A stretch of DNA of 64,000 nt, taken from positions 28,103 to 92,102 of the IMG/VR virus record IMGVR_UViG_3300020469_003886; one strand, given 5' to 3'. Source of the DNA: a virus. The notes under the pieces were generated by a model. The model was not told where the DNA came from, searched no databases, and worked only from the letters and a program-made list of their open reading frames with translations. This document shows, in pieces, positions 46,327-56,748 of this stretch; the stretch's first letter is position 1, and the number at the start of each line of letters is the position of its first letter. Both the position numbers and the translations under genes were made by a program.

Positions 46327-47232
46327 TTATGAGAATTTTTTAATTGTCTGTAATAATCCGTATCCAGCAATACCGGCTGTGAGTAAATGTCTTAAACATG
46401 GATCACTTAATAAACTTTCAATTAATCCAGAAAGAGCCGCATTTGTAACTCTTTGTACTGCTCCGGCAAGTTTCGCTAAATCTTCTAAAATCATTCTTGC
46501 TAACTGAGTTATGTATCCAATTATTCCAGCAATTAAATTTAATAACCCAAGTGCTGAACTAAGGAAATTTAATATTTGGTTTAGTATTGCTCCGCCTTTA
46601 GATAATGCTCCAAACAACTCATCAAGAAAAGCACAAGGTCCTGTGCCAACTGCGGCCGCGGCACCTAAGGCTGTGTTTATTGCATTTATACTTTGTCCAA
46701 TTGACAACATTTGTCCAATTGGTTGAGGACGATGACCATTTGGTAAAGAGTAAGTTGATCCGCCTTGTACTCCTCCTATAAACGAAAATGGATTTGCTTG
46801 TCCATAGTCTGTTTGGTTAACACCACTTTGTATATTTGTGTGCATGTTAAAATCATTTAATATGCCATTAACAGATTGTAAACTAAAAATTTCAGCATCC
46901 GTCATTGGACGGCCAAGTTCTGTAACTGTTGCTCTTGTTGAGAAACTTGAACTGTCCCAACCAAATGGTAAACTGTTTAGTCCATTCCATCCTGATCCAC
47001 CATTGCCATTATACAAACTAGAGTGAATCTGAGACATTTTTTCTGTGTGTGGATTTTTAAATGCGGCCATAGTTTTAATATCGTTACCCCACAAATCTTT
47101 GGTATCAGTAACATCGAACAAACCATTCTGTAAACTTTCTTTTGCAATTGGGCCAAGGCTTTGACTAATTGCTGTGCCTTCAAAGTCTTTAAAAAGTCCT
47201 TGATCTTCTCCTGTTAATATTGTTTGTACCAT
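46327..47232 (-). CDS. Hypothetical (probable baseplate/virion) protein
   Basis: Follows the PAAR gene; G/S/N-rich with amphipathic C-terminus. Confidence 0.55.
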   Translation of the reverse strand: MVQTILTGEDQGLFKDFEGTAISQSLGPIAKESLQNGLFDVTDTKDLWGNDIKTMAAFKNPHTEKMSQIHSSLYNGNGGSGWNGLNSLPFGWDSSSFSTRATVTELGRPMTDAEIFSLQSVNGILNDFNMHTNIQSGVNQTDYGQANPFSFIGGVQGGSTYSLPNGHRPQPIGQMLSIGQSINAINTALGAAAAVGTGPCAFLDELFGALSKGGAILNQILNFLSSALGLLNLIAGIIGYITQLARMILEDLAKLAGAVQRVTNAALSGLIESLLSDPCLRHLLTAGIAGYGLLQTIKKFS

Positions 47233-47244
47233 AACTTATCCTAA

Positions 47245-47532
47245 TTAATTTGCAATCACATTTGGTGATCCTGCATTAACTTGTATGCCGCACGAGTAAG
47301 AATCTCCAACTCTGCCAACTGGTTGAAAGTTTGCATAGACATTTGGTGATCCTGATGTAAGTGCTGTAGAGTGTGGCACACAAAGGATATAACCATGTGG
47401 AGTATTTGTATCACCAACTCTGTGTACTGGTATGTTGTTTGCTATCACATTAGGTGATCCAGTTGAACACGATCCTGCTGGGCATGGTGCATGATTCGTA
47501 TCAGCATCTCCAATTCTTGCTACCTGTGGCAT
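47245..47532 (-). CDS. PAAR spike-tip protein (T4 gp5.4-like)
   Basis: VARIGD...GSPNV..N.IPVHRVGD..H..GSPNV..PVGRVGD..CG. Confidence 0.92.
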   Translation of the reverse strand: MPQVARIGDADTNHAPCPAGSCSTGSPNVIANNIPVHRVGDTNTPHGYILCVPHSTALTSGSPNVYANFQPVGRVGDSYSCGIQVNAGSPNVIAN

Positions 47533-47560
47533 TTTGCTTCTCCTATTATAATAGTATTTA

Positions 47561-47869
47561 TTACGTAACTAATGACGGTGTACTAGGAGTAACTAATTTA
47601 GAAGTACTTTGTGTATAAGCATCTTTGGCTTGTTTATTAGCCAAAACTGCTGTAATTATAGTACTTTTTAAAAACTCAAAGGTTGCTTCAGGATCAGCCA
47701 TAATTACGTATGCTGTCATTCCAACACCTTGTTGAGTCATTGCAAGTGCTAGTGGCTTAGATACTTTATAAGAAGTGTCTGTTTCTTCTATCAATTTACC
47801 AATTACTTCATCGCTACCTACAGTACGAAATACCACAATATCATCTTTTTTTAGTTTTTGTATTAACAT
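47561..47869 (-). CDS. Conserved T4-like small beta-barrel hypothetical protein
   Basis: DIV.F....DEVIGK....KPL; C-terminus Y...TS.LV.P. Confidence 0.65.
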   Translation of the reverse strand: MLIQKLKKDDIVVFRTVGSDEVIGKLIEETDTSYKVSKPLALAMTQQGVGMTAYVIMADPEATFEFLKSTIITAVLANKQAKDAYTQSTSKLVTPSTPSLVT

Positions 47870-47871
47870 GT

Positions 47872-48777
47872 TTACTTTCCTTTTCCTGTTTTGTTCAAAT
47901 ATGGAACAAAAACATCATCAACCAGCATTTTCCAATAATTGCTGTTCAAATGCATTCCATCTGCTAAAAATCCTACTTCTGGATGTTTTTTATAATTGTT
48001 AATGGCATACTCACACAATGATTGATTGTTGATTATTTCATTAACATACTCAATATTATAGCGTCTAAATAACGCTGTGTCAAATTCAAAACTATTTACT
48101 TCTTGAATATCTGATCTATCAAAGGCAAAATTAAAATTAAACCAAGCATGATCGATATTGTTGTTTTTTAGATAACCAGATATCAAAACAACCTGAGCAA
48201 AAATAAAGTCCGTATAATATTGTTTATTTCTAACCAGTTCTATTTTTGTCATTTCTTTTATTGTTTTTGGATCAAGTTCTGCACTTTTTGTTACTTGTAA
48301 GTTGTTGAATTTTTCAAAAGATTTTGGATCTAATCCTGCTTCAGCATGACTAAGATGATATAGATATTTTTTAAGGTATTGTTTATCATTCCAGTGTTTG
48401 TCAGTATAAACGTGTTGATGTGCCAATTCAGGAAATACCTCAAGTGCAATATCTACTCTACTATAGGATGGAATTTCTAAAAGAAGTAAATTTGGTTTTA
48501 GATCATTGACTATTGATAATACTCTTAATGGATAAGTATCTTTCCCATACCCACTTAATCCTCTATTAAAATCATCATATCCTATCTTATCTGAAAGTGC
48601 GTGAGTCCAAGTTTTTTGTTTGCCCCAATCAATATAATATTTTAATTTATTTACTGTTCTACCATTTTTAAAAAAATGAGTATTATCTCTGTCAGATGCA
48701 TCTGATTGTGCGTGTTTTTCTTCAACGTGGCTTGTTCCAACTACTACAAGTTTTTTTTTATGTAATTGCCATTCCAT
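47872..48777 (-). CDS. SGNH-hydrolase-like protein
   Basis: VVGTSH, W...L, N.G.SG.G, DGMH. Confidence 0.55.
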   Translation of the reverse strand: MEWQLHKKKLVVVGTSHVEEKHAQSDASDRDNTHFFKNGRTVNKLKYYIDWGKQKTWTHALSDKIGYDDFNRGLSGYGKDTYPLRVLSIVNDLKPNLLLLEIPSYSRVDIALEVFPELAHQHVYTDKHWNDKQYLKKYLYHLSHAEAGLDPKSFEKFNNLQVTKSAELDPKTIKEMTKIELVRNKQYYTDFIFAQVVLISGYLKNNNIDHAWFNFNFAFDRSDIQEVNSFEFDTALFRRYNIEYVNEIINNQSLCEYAINNYKKHPEVGFLADGMHLNSNYWKMLVDDVFVPYLNKTGKGK

Positions 48778-48788
48778 GATAAATCATG

Positions 48789-49889
48789 TTATAGTTCAAA
48801 GTTTTCAAATGTTTTGTCGTCAACGTCTTGTTTTAGTCCGCCAATTACATAACTTTCAACTTCTGTTTCTTGTGGAGCAACCTGTAGTCCAGCACTCGAT
48901 AACCAGTGTGCTGTCCATGGTAACGGATTTGCGTTAGCAGGTTGATCATAAATTGGATCATATCCAATTGCTTTTAATCTTTTGTTTGCAATCCACTCTA
49001 CATAATCGCCTAACAATTTTTCATTAAGTCCAATGATAGAACCATCTTTAAATAAATGTTTTGCCCATGCTTTTTCTTCTTCAACACAGTCTTTAAACAT
49101 TTTGATAACTGTTTTATCTAAACCTTTAATTGCTTTGATCATTTGTTTGTCATCACCTTTGTGCCAATTTTTAATGACCTGTGTAGACAAGTTTAAGTGT
49201 GTTGCTTCATCACGTGCAATGAGTGAAATGATTTTTGCTGAGCCTTCCATAAGTTTAAGCTCGCCAAATGCAAATGTACAAGCAAATGATACATAAAATC
49301 TTAAACCTTCTAAAATATTTACGTTAATCATTGCAAGATATAATTGTTTTTTAACATCAAGTATATCGCCTTCATTTTTAACAAAATAGTTTTCAGCCAT
49401 TTTAGAAAATGTATCATAATTTTCTGTAACTGATATTGCACGTTTTAAAATTTCTTCATCATTTAAAATTGTGTCAAATACTTCTGATGGATCTGAATAC
49501 ACATTTTTCATAATATGTGTATATGAACGTGAATGAATTGTTTCAAAAAAGTCCCAAGTAACAATACAGCCTTCTAGTTCAGGATTTGAAACATAAGGTA
49601 AAAAGGCCAAACTTGGACCTCTACCCTGTACTGAATCTAGCAGTGTTTGATACTTTAAGTTTGATGTAAAAATATGCTTTTGTTCTGGACGGAAGTTTTG
49701 AAAATCTGAACGATCTTTCTGTAATGAAACTTCTTCTGGTCTCCAAAAATACCCAAGCATAGTTTGGTTAAGTTTATCTAAAGCAGGATATTTAAATATG
49801 TCATATCTCTGCACACTCTGATCTTCTCCAAAGAACATTGGTTCTTTAGTAAAATCTACTTCATTTCTATTGAATACTGTTTTTGCCAT
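48789..49889 (-). CDS. nrdB: Ribonucleotide reductase class Ia beta subunit
   Basis: FWRPEE, LDSVQGR, ETIHSRSY, EGLRFYVSF, RDEATH, QVAPQETE..SY. Confidence 0.97.
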   Translation of the reverse strand: MAKTVFNRNEVDFTKEPMFFGEDQSVQRYDIFKYPALDKLNQTMLGYFWRPEEVSLQKDRSDFQNFRPEQKHIFTSNLKYQTLLDSVQGRGPSLAFLPYVSNPELEGCIVTWDFFETIHSRSYTHIMKNVYSDPSEVFDTILNDEEILKRAISVTENYDTFSKMAENYFVKNEGDILDVKKQLYLAMINVNILEGLRFYVSFACTFAFGELKLMEGSAKIISLIARDEATHLNLSTQVIKNWHKGDDKQMIKAIKGLDKTVIKMFKDCVEEEKAWAKHLFKDGSIIGLNEKLLGDYVEWIANKRLKAIGYDPIYDQPANANPLPWTAHWLSSAGLQVAPQETEVESYVIGGLKQDVDDKTFENFEL

Positions 49890-49895
49890 GTTTCT

Positions 49896-49923
49896 ATTAT
49901 ATACTCTTTTACTACCTTGTCAA
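49896..49923 (-). promoter_or_regulatory. Sigma70 promoter, leaderless geometry (nrdB)
   Basis: TTGACA-N16-TATAAT-N6-ATG. Confidence 0.8.
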
Positions 49924-49936
49924 TATTTATATCACA

Positions 49937-50758
49937 TTAGTCATGATTTATACTAATATTTAATGCAATTGCTATTCTACGTTTGTTTGATTTTTGTATA
50001 GGAACTATATGTTTAAGCCATGCCGGAAACCATATAATTTCACCTTGTTTCATTTTTGGTGCTTTAATTAATTTTTTAAAATAATCAGGAACCAAATTTG
50101 GATCTTCTGAAGGATATGTTGCTCTCATTATCTGTTCTTGTGGATTAATAAAGTATGCCGCTTCATGATCTTCTTCATACTCAACATAGTGTATTCCGCA
50201 AAAAGTTAAAATCGATGGGCCAGTTGTATGATCATGTGTATCTTGGAATCCACCTTTTTGTGTAATAGCATACCAAAAATATCCACTGAAGTGCCATGGA
50301 ACTTCCTGGTTAAATCCAACTTTACTCATCAAAGCCTCAATGTCAGGTTTGTATAAGTCTAACAACAATGGTTGATTTGTTTTCAAAGCACCGTCAAAAT
50401 AATCTGAATATACTGTGCTTAATCCGTTAATCCCTTCATTGTAATCATTTTTGTTTTCTCCATCTAGTGAATCCAAAAGAGAAAGATGTTTCATTGATCC
50501 ACCTCTTACTGCTCCTTCATAGAAATCGTCTTTATCAATTAAATTGTTGTTTTGCTGTTCCATGTATCTTTTGGAATTTTCTAAATATGCTGGAACTATT
50601 TCTTCATCAACATACTTTTTTATTTCAGTATTGTTCTTAGCAGAAGTAACAAAAATAGGAATATCAAATAATGATTTTTCTACTGTACTGCTATCATCAG
50701 CATTTTTTAAATCAACTGTTTCTTTCTTTGTATATGTTTTTGATACGAATTTTTTCAT
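49937..50758 (-). CDS. 2OG-Fe(II) oxygenase-like protein (TIGR02466-like)
   Basis: W.....GG.Q..HDH, GIHYV, FPAWLKH.V, RI.IALNI. Confidence 0.75.
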   Translation of the reverse strand: MKKFVSKTYTKKETVDLKNADDSSTVEKSLFDIPIFVTSAKNNTEIKKYVDEEIVPAYLENSKRYMEQQNNNLIDKDDFYEGAVRGGSMKHLSLLDSLDGENKNDYNEGINGLSTVYSDYFDGALKTNQPLLLDLYKPDIEALMSKVGFNQEVPWHFSGYFWYAITQKGGFQDTHDHTTGPSILTFCGIHYVEYEEDHEAAYFINPQEQIMRATYPSEDPNLVPDYFKKLIKAPKMKQGEIIWFPAWLKHIVPIQKSNKRRIAIALNISINHD

Positions 50759-50782
50759 GATTTTATTTTGCTTTATTTTATT

Positions 50783-53146
50783 TTAGATTGCACACGAATC
50801 GCAGTATTCATCATACTCTTCGTCTGTGCCTTGAAATTCTTTTCTATCTATTGGTCCGCTTAATGCTTCGTCAATAGTCATAGTGTTTTCATTATCAGTT
50901 ATGTTTGGTTCTTCTTCCATGCCTTTGAAGTCATAGGTGTTTTGATAATATGATGTTTTCCAACCAAGTTTATAAGTTGTTAGTAAGTCTTTTGTTAACA
51001 CACTCATAGGAACTTCATTGTTGTCAAATTTTGTTGGATTGTAACTCCAGTTTCCACTGATTGCTTGATCAAAATATTTTTGCATTGCCGCAACAACATT
51101 AATGTATCCTTCGTTGTCAGGCATTTCCCATAATAGTGTGTAGTATTTTTTGTAAGTTTCATACTGTGGTACTATTTGTTTTAATGGACCTTTTTTGGAT
51201 TTTTTAACTGACAAATAACCTCTTGGTGGTTCAATACCATTTGTTGCATTACCTACCACACTTGATGATTCTGAAGGCATTTGTGCTGAAAGTGTTGAGT
51301 GTCTTAATCCATGTTCAACAATATCTTTTCTTAATGCTTCCCAATCCATATTTAATTTAGAAGATACAATTGTATCAACATCTTTTTTATATGTGTCAAT
51401 TGGCAATATTCCTTTTGAATATTTTGTTTTCTTAAAATATGTACATGGACCTTTTTCTTTTGCAATTTGATTTGATGCTTTTAGCAAGTAATACTGAAAT
51501 GCTTCTGACAGTTCATTTACCATCTGCCATGCTTGTTTGTCGCTGTACATAACTTTGTTCTTAGCCAAGTAGTGTGCTAAACCAATATATCCAATACCCA
51601 ATGAACGTCTTGCTTTGGTTGAAATTTCTGCCGCTTTAACTGGATATTTTTGATGATCAATAATCTGTTCTAATCCACGTACAGCAAGATCACACAACGA
51701 TTCTAATTCTCTAGTATCTTTTAATGTTCCAACATTAATAGCACTTAAAATACAAAGTGCAATTTCACCTTTGCCATCAATGTGTTGTAGAGGGTCAGTT
51801 GGCAATGTGATTTCTTGACACAAGTTAGACATACGTACAGGATCAATAAATGAACTGTGATCATTTGTATGATCAACATTCATAAGATATATCCGCCCTG
51901 TTTCAGCACGTTCTTTTAAAATGTCTCCAATTAGTGTGCGAGCCTGAATAGTTTTCTTTGGTATTTTTTTATCTTGTTCGTATTGCTTGTATAACTTATC
52001 AAATTTTGGTGTGCCAAATGCTTCATATAATCCTGGCACTTCATGTGGTGAGAACAAAGTAATGTCTCCACCTTTAATAAATCTTTCATAAAATATTTTT
52101 GATAGTTGTATTGAATAATCTAATTTTCTTACTCTGTTGTCTTCTGTACCTTTATTATTTTTTAATACAAGAATGTCTTCAATTTCTTGATGCCATATTG
52201 GGAAATGCACAGTTGCACTACCCCCACGTACTCCGTTTTGTGTACAACATCTCACAGTTGCTTCAAACTTTTTAAGGAATGGAACAACACCAGTGTGTGC
52301 TACTTCACCTCCTCTAATACGTGAATTAATGCCACGTATTCTACCTGCATTAATACCAATGCCGGCTCTTTGTGCAATGTATTTTCCAATTGCCATATCT
52401 GAAGCGAAAATAGAATCTAATGTATCATCAACATCAACAAGTACACAACTTGCAAATTGTCTTAATGGTGTACGCACACCTGCCATAACAGGTGTAGGAA
52501 TATTAATCTTAAATTTTGAAACTGCATCATAGTATCTTTTGATATATCCTAATCTTGTTTCTTTTGGATAATCATGAAACAAGGTTGCCGCAATCAACAT
52601 ATACATATACTGAGGTGTTTCAAAAACTTTACCAGAACTTCTATCTTGTACAAGATATTTGTCAGCAACTTGTCTTAAGCCTGCGTAGGTAAAATCATAA
52701 TCTCTATCGTGCTTAATGTATGAGTCTAATGTTTTAAACTCTTCATCAGTGTACCATTTCATAATGTTTGAGTCATACAAACCTTTTTCAATATTTCTAC
52801 CAACTAAAAATTGTAGTGGAACTTGATATGCATGGTCAATGTGTTTGCCAAATACTTCTTTTCTAATTGTGAATAATAAAAGTCTAGCCGCAACATATTG
52901 ATAGTTTGGTGCTTCTAGTGTGATTAAGTCGTTTGCTGACTTAATTAAAATTTCTTGAATTTGTTGTGTTGTCATTTGATTTGAAAACTGTAAACCAGAG
53001 TTCATTTCAACCAACGACGGAGAAACTCCTGACAGCCCATCACATGCGGCTTCTGTCATTTTATGTACTTTGTTGATGTCTAAGGGCTCTTGTTGTCCGT
53101 CCCTTTTAATAATGAATATATCTTTTTGATTTTTTGTTGCGTTCAT
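50783..53146 (-). CDS. nrdA: Ribonucleotide reductase class Ia alpha subunit with ATP cone
   Basis: IKRDG, PTPVM, QFASC, RGG, SNLCQEI, MPSESSS, terminal CxxC; no intein. Confidence 0.97.
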   Translation of the reverse strand: MNATKNQKDIFIIKRDGQQEPLDINKVHKMTEAACDGLSGVSPSLVEMNSGLQFSNQMTTQQIQEILIKSANDLITLEAPNYQYVAARLLLFTIRKEVFGKHIDHAYQVPLQFLVGRNIEKGLYDSNIMKWYTDEEFKTLDSYIKHDRDYDFTYAGLRQVADKYLVQDRSSGKVFETPQYMYMLIAATLFHDYPKETRLGYIKRYYDAVSKFKINIPTPVMAGVRTPLRQFASCVLVDVDDTLDSIFASDMAIGKYIAQRAGIGINAGRIRGINSRIRGGEVAHTGVVPFLKKFEATVRCCTQNGVRGGSATVHFPIWHQEIEDILVLKNNKGTEDNRVRKLDYSIQLSKIFYERFIKGGDITLFSPHEVPGLYEAFGTPKFDKLYKQYEQDKKIPKKTIQARTLIGDILKERAETGRIYLMNVDHTNDHSSFIDPVRMSNLCQEITLPTDPLQHIDGKGEIALCILSAINVGTLKDTRELESLCDLAVRGLEQIIDHQKYPVKAAEISTKARRSLGIGYIGLAHYLAKNKVMYSDKQAWQMVNELSEAFQYYLLKASNQIAKEKGPCTYFKKTKYSKGILPIDTYKKDVDTIVSSKLNMDWEALRKDIVEHGLRHSTLSAQMPSESSSVVGNATNGIEPPRGYLSVKKSKKGPLKQIVPQYETYKKYYTLLWEMPDNEGYINVVAAMQKYFDQAISGNWSYNPTKFDNNEVPMSVLTKDLLTTYKLGWKTSYYQNTYDFKGMEEEPNITDNENTMTIDEALSGPIDRKEFQGTDEEYDEYCDSCAI

Positions 53147-53272
53147 GTTTTTACTTACTTTTACTACCTTATTATCTTTTTATTTCAGTATAATATTAAT
53201 TATACTATCACAACTATGATAAAAGCAATAGTTAAATCTATAATAACAGAAAAATCTGTTAACAACCTAAGG

Positions 53273-54544
53273 TTAGGCTTGTAACCAGCGTTCTATCTTG
53301 TATGATAAATTAGCATCAGTTGAAGCGTTTGCGTTTTGATAATTAAACTGCAATTTTGCACTGCTGATTGCCGCATGAAATGTTACTTCTGATGTAGTAC
53401 CAGTTTCAACGTGCGAATCGTTAATTACTGTGTCTGTACCATCAGTTGTAATGTTTATTGTTCCAGTTCTAAATTCAGAACCAAACTTTAAACTATAATC
53501 AATTTTGTAAACATTTGATTCTGCATATGGATACTCAATTATTAGAGTATCTGTTGTTTTATTTTTAATCAATGTTTTTGTTTGCATATGACTAATGTAT
53601 TGATTAGTCAAATAACGTGGATAACTTGCTTCAGTAAATAGTTCAATGTTACTTGCTACTCTTGAAACTGATCCTCTTTTTTTATTAATAAAATTTGAAA
53701 TATTAAATGCTTGTTCTGGAGTATCTAAATCAATTTTTAAATTAGCATCAATTTCAACATCTCTCACAGGTGTATGTATTGTAGAATTTTCTCCTAAGAA
53801 ACTGTAAGTACTAGGTTCATTGATTGTGCTAATACTATCATTTGCGTTTGCTACCAGTAATGCATTTTTCTCAGTTAGTGTTACAAACTGCACAAAACCT
53901 GTTCCTGTTGATACATCGCAATAAACTTGGTTAGTTGCTAGTTTGTTATACTGCCATTTGTCATATGATGCAATTGTGTTATCACTTGCTTCCCAACCTG
54001 CTCTAGCTCTTACGTGTTCAGTTATTTGTGCTTTAGTCCATTTTGTAACTAGTAACTTTGATCCTACTTCAGGTATGTTAGATCCTGTAAAGTTAAGATA
54101 TGTTGTTGTGCCATTAAATGCTAAACTATATTGTGAAGTATTATATGTTGTTGGCATACCGTTTAAATATTTTGTAACCACTAAATCTGATGCTACTAGT
54201 CCTCCTGATAATTTTGGATGACCGGTTGGTAAACCATAGTTACCTGAAAATGCAAGTGCAACATTTGATGAAGGATTTAATACTTCTGTGCCTGTGATAT
54301 TAAAATTTAAAATACCATTGTTAGTAGAGGATGATGTTAAGTTACCTAAATCATCTGCTACTACAGATTGTGCATCTAAAAAAGGTGTTACCTGCACATC
54401 TGTGTTTAATAGGTCTTGACTACCTGCTCCAATATAAACTTCACGTGTGTCTAATGCTAGACCAATTTCACCATCAGCCAAAGGCTGTGGGAGGTCTACT
54501 TTATTTCCACGTCTGTTTTTAATTCTAGTGTATGTTGTTGCCAC
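53273..54544 (-). CDS. Virion structural protein
   Basis: RRG...LP..LADGEIGLALDTREVYIG N-terminal module; S/T/N-rich. Confidence 0.7.
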   Translation of the reverse strand: MATTYTRIKNRRGNKVDLPQPLADGEIGLALDTREVYIGAGSQDLLNTDVQVTPFLDAQSVVADDLGNLTSSSTNNGILNFNITGTEVLNPSSNVALAFSGNYGLPTGHPKLSGGLVASDLVVTKYLNGMPTTYNTSQYSLAFNGTTTYLNFTGSNIPEVGSKLLVTKWTKAQITEHVRARAGWEASDNTIASYDKWQYNKLATNQVYCDVSTGTGFVQFVTLTEKNALLVANANDSISTINEPSTYSFLGENSTIHTPVRDVEIDANLKIDLDTPEQAFNISNFINKKRGSVSRVASNIELFTEASYPRYLTNQYISHMQTKTLIKNKTTDTLIIEYPYAESNVYKIDYSLKFGSEFRTGTINITTDGTDTVINDSHVETGTTSEVTFHAAISSAKLQFNYQNANASTDANLSYKIERWLQA

Positions 54545-54564
54545 GTTAGTACTCCAATATACTA

Positions 54565-55272
54565 CTATTTATTCATTTTGTAATAAGTTTCTACTCTATC
54601 TAACCACTTATTTGTAAATGTTTGAAATTCATCACCTTCAACAACAAATTGTTGGTACTGATTATCGTGTGTAACCATAAAAATAACGCCTTTTTGTATG
54701 TTTGTGCCATATACTTCATTATGTGCCAATGCGTATGCTGATGCCTGCATAAAATAATCTTCAACCCACTCTTTTTTCTTAAATTTGCGTGATGTTTTAA
54801 AGTCACCTATAGCAGGTTCACCTTCGTGTACACATATCAAATCTGCTGTGCCGCCATACAGTCCTGGAAATGTTAGATGTGTTTCAATACCCCACACTTC
54901 ATCAACACTTTTAAGCCCTTGTTCTATCACAGTTTCACTTAAATTTTTGGCTTGTACATACACTTGATTAGTTCCACTAGGACGCTCTACACCTTCAATA
55001 TAACATTCAAGGTGTTTGTGCATGATTGTACCTAAGTTTGCTGATTCAGTTACAATCCGTTGTGCTTCTGCGGCTCCTACTCGCTTTTTCCAAGCATTTA
55101 AAGCCGTCATATCTTTAGTTTTAGATAATATTGATGTTACTGACGGCACAGGATCGCCGTCAGCATTCACGTAATATCTTTGTCCTTCAAGATTTTTTCT
55201 TTTAAATTCTTGATACTTGAACTTTTCTATTAATAAAGATTTATTTTCTACTTTTTGGTTTTCTTCCAACAT
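54565..55272 (-). CDS. PD-(D/E)xK exonuclease (T4-like phage / Cas4-like)
   Basis: PSVTSIL, GT..H, GTADL, DFKTS, Q..AY. Confidence 0.88.
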   Translation of the reverse strand: MLEENQKVENKSLLIEKFKYQEFKRKNLEGQRYYVNADGDPVPSVTSILSKTKDMTALNAWKKRVGAAEAQRIVTESANLGTIMHKHLECYIEGVERPSGTNQVYVQAKNLSETVIEQGLKSVDEVWGIETHLTFPGLYGGTADLICVHEGEPAIGDFKTSRKFKKKEWVEDYFMQASAYALAHNEVYGTNIQKGVIFMVTHDNQYQQFVVEGDEFQTFTNKWLDRVETYYKMNK

Positions 55273-55423
55273 AATTTTTAATCACATTCTTCTTTTTTGC
55301 TGTTGCTTTTATTTTAGCAACTTTTTTCCCTTTGGCAGAAGATTTCTTTTTTGCTGGATTTTTCGTTTTTTTGGTTTTACCTGTTAAAAACAAATCTAAT
55401 AACCGATCAAATACATTTGCCAT
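55241..55423 (-). CDS. Small Lys-rich basic protein
   Basis: AGGAG SD; TTGACA/TATAAT promoter upstream. Confidence 0.6.
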   Translation of the reverse strand: MANVFDRLLDLFLTGKTKKTKNPAKKKSSAKGKKVAKIKATAKKKNVIKNYVGRKPKSRK

Positions 55424-55470
55424 AATATTACTCCTTGTCTTATTATAGCAATTTATTTACAATTTGTCAA

Positions 55471-55800
55471 TTAATTATCTATGCCGGATTTGGCCGCTTG
55501 TGAAGCCATCTTAGATACTTGATTAGCAGTATCATCTTTCTTACTAAATGCTGATCCACTGTTAGGAACATCTAACATTATTGTATCACCAGTAATTGAT
55601 TTTATTTTTCCGTTATTAAGCAAATGACTTCTTAATGCTTGAACATCAACACTAGATCCTAAACCTTGTAATTGTTTTTGGAATTCTTCTAAAGAAATTT
55701 CTGCTATATCATTAGCCATCATAGTAATAATTACTGTGTTGATATCAGCATCTAACTGATCAACGTATTTGTCTTCACCTATGACTTCTGTGATTTTCAT
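55471..55800 (-). CDS. Hypothetical protein, possibly head-internal
   Basis: N-terminus MKITEVIGE. Confidence 0.6.
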   Translation of the reverse strand: MKITEVIGEDKYVDQLDADINTVIITMMANDIAEISLEEFQKQLQGLGSSVDVQALRSHLLNNGKIKSITGDTIMLDVPNSGSAFSKKDDTANQVSKMASQAAKSGIDN

Positions 55801-55803
55801 TGG

Positions 55804-56706
55804 TTAAGCCTTTTCGGCTCTACCTAATGGATTTTCTTCTGGGCCACTTGCTGAATCATCGCCACCAGTTAAATCATCTGCTGGTGCTTCCAAATCTTCG
55901 CCATCAGTTGTATCAGTTTCCATATCACCCAAGTCTGAATCTGCTGGAGCCATATCTGATTGTGCTGGTGCTTCGCCAGTTAAAACTAGTACTTCGTTGT
56001 TGACTGCTTCTTTGGCTGTTTTAATTGATGCAAGTAGTGTTTCTAATTGTGATGCAACTGCTGTGTTGAATGATGCCGCCTTGTCTGCGCCATATTGGTA
56101 TGACATTTGATCAACAACTGCACCTAATTCATCATTTTGCATTTTGCCCATTTGTTCAATCATGTCTTGTAATTCATCAACAAGACTTTTTGCCGCAATA
56201 ACTATTTCAGCTTTTTCAACTTCTTGCTCTAGTAGAGCTTTTAATGAGTTTACTTTTTCTTCAACTTTGTCTTTTGGCTTGTCACCTTGTTTTTTAGCAA
56301 TTGCTTTTTGTAAGCCTGCTGGTAGTTTTTTCTGTTTATCAGTAAGTTCTTCTTTTACTTCTTTATCTTTACCCATTGCTTTTTTAATTGCTTTGTCTTT
56401 AGCCGCCATATAATCATCTGAATCAATATCACCGTCTTTGTCGTGATCTTTTTTCTTTGCTTCAATCATGTTATCAATTGCTTCTGCTAGTAATACATGC
56501 TTCATATATTTTGGATCTCTGTTTTGAGTATTAAAAGGAAGTGATGCTTCTAGTTCTTCTAATTTTGTCTTAAGATCTTTTTTAACGTCATATAAACGTT
56601 TAATGTCAATAGTGTCGTACACTTTAAAACCATATAGGGTGTCAAGTGTTTCGTTAATTTTTGCTAATTTTTCATTAGCGGGTTTTTCAAACTCTGATAT
56701 ATTCAT
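55804..56706 (-). CDS. Putative prohead core/scaffold-like protein
   Basis: TATAAATA promoter; coiled coil; DHDKDGDIDSDDY EF-hand-like loop; acidic tail ending PLGR. Confidence 0.55.
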   Translation of the reverse strand: MNISEFEKPANEKLAKINETLDTLYGFKVYDTIDIKRLYDVKKDLKTKLEELEASLPFNTQNRDPKYMKHVLLAEAIDNMIEAKKKDHDKDGDIDSDDYMAAKDKAIKKAMGKDKEVKEELTDKQKKLPAGLQKAIAKKQGDKPKDKVEEKVNSLKALLEQEVEKAEIVIAAKSLVDELQDMIEQMGKMQNDELGAVVDQMSYQYGADKAASFNTAVASQLETLLASIKTAKEAVNNEVLVLTGEAPAQSDMAPADSDLGDMETDTTDGEDLEAPADDLTGGDDSASGPEENPLGRAEKA

Positions 56707-56748
56707 AATGTTTCTACCTTACTTAACTTATTTATACTTTTCTTTATT

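Noticed and set aside
48789-53146. Intein, intron or homing endonuclease in the nrd locus
   Set aside because: Both subunits are continuous and of normal length; the intervening gene is 2OG-oxygenase-like.
54565-55272. CRISPR-Cas system suggested by the Cas4-like nuclease
   Set aside because: No repeat-spacer array or other cas genes seen; stand-alone PD-(D/E)xK exonucleases are common in T4-like phages.
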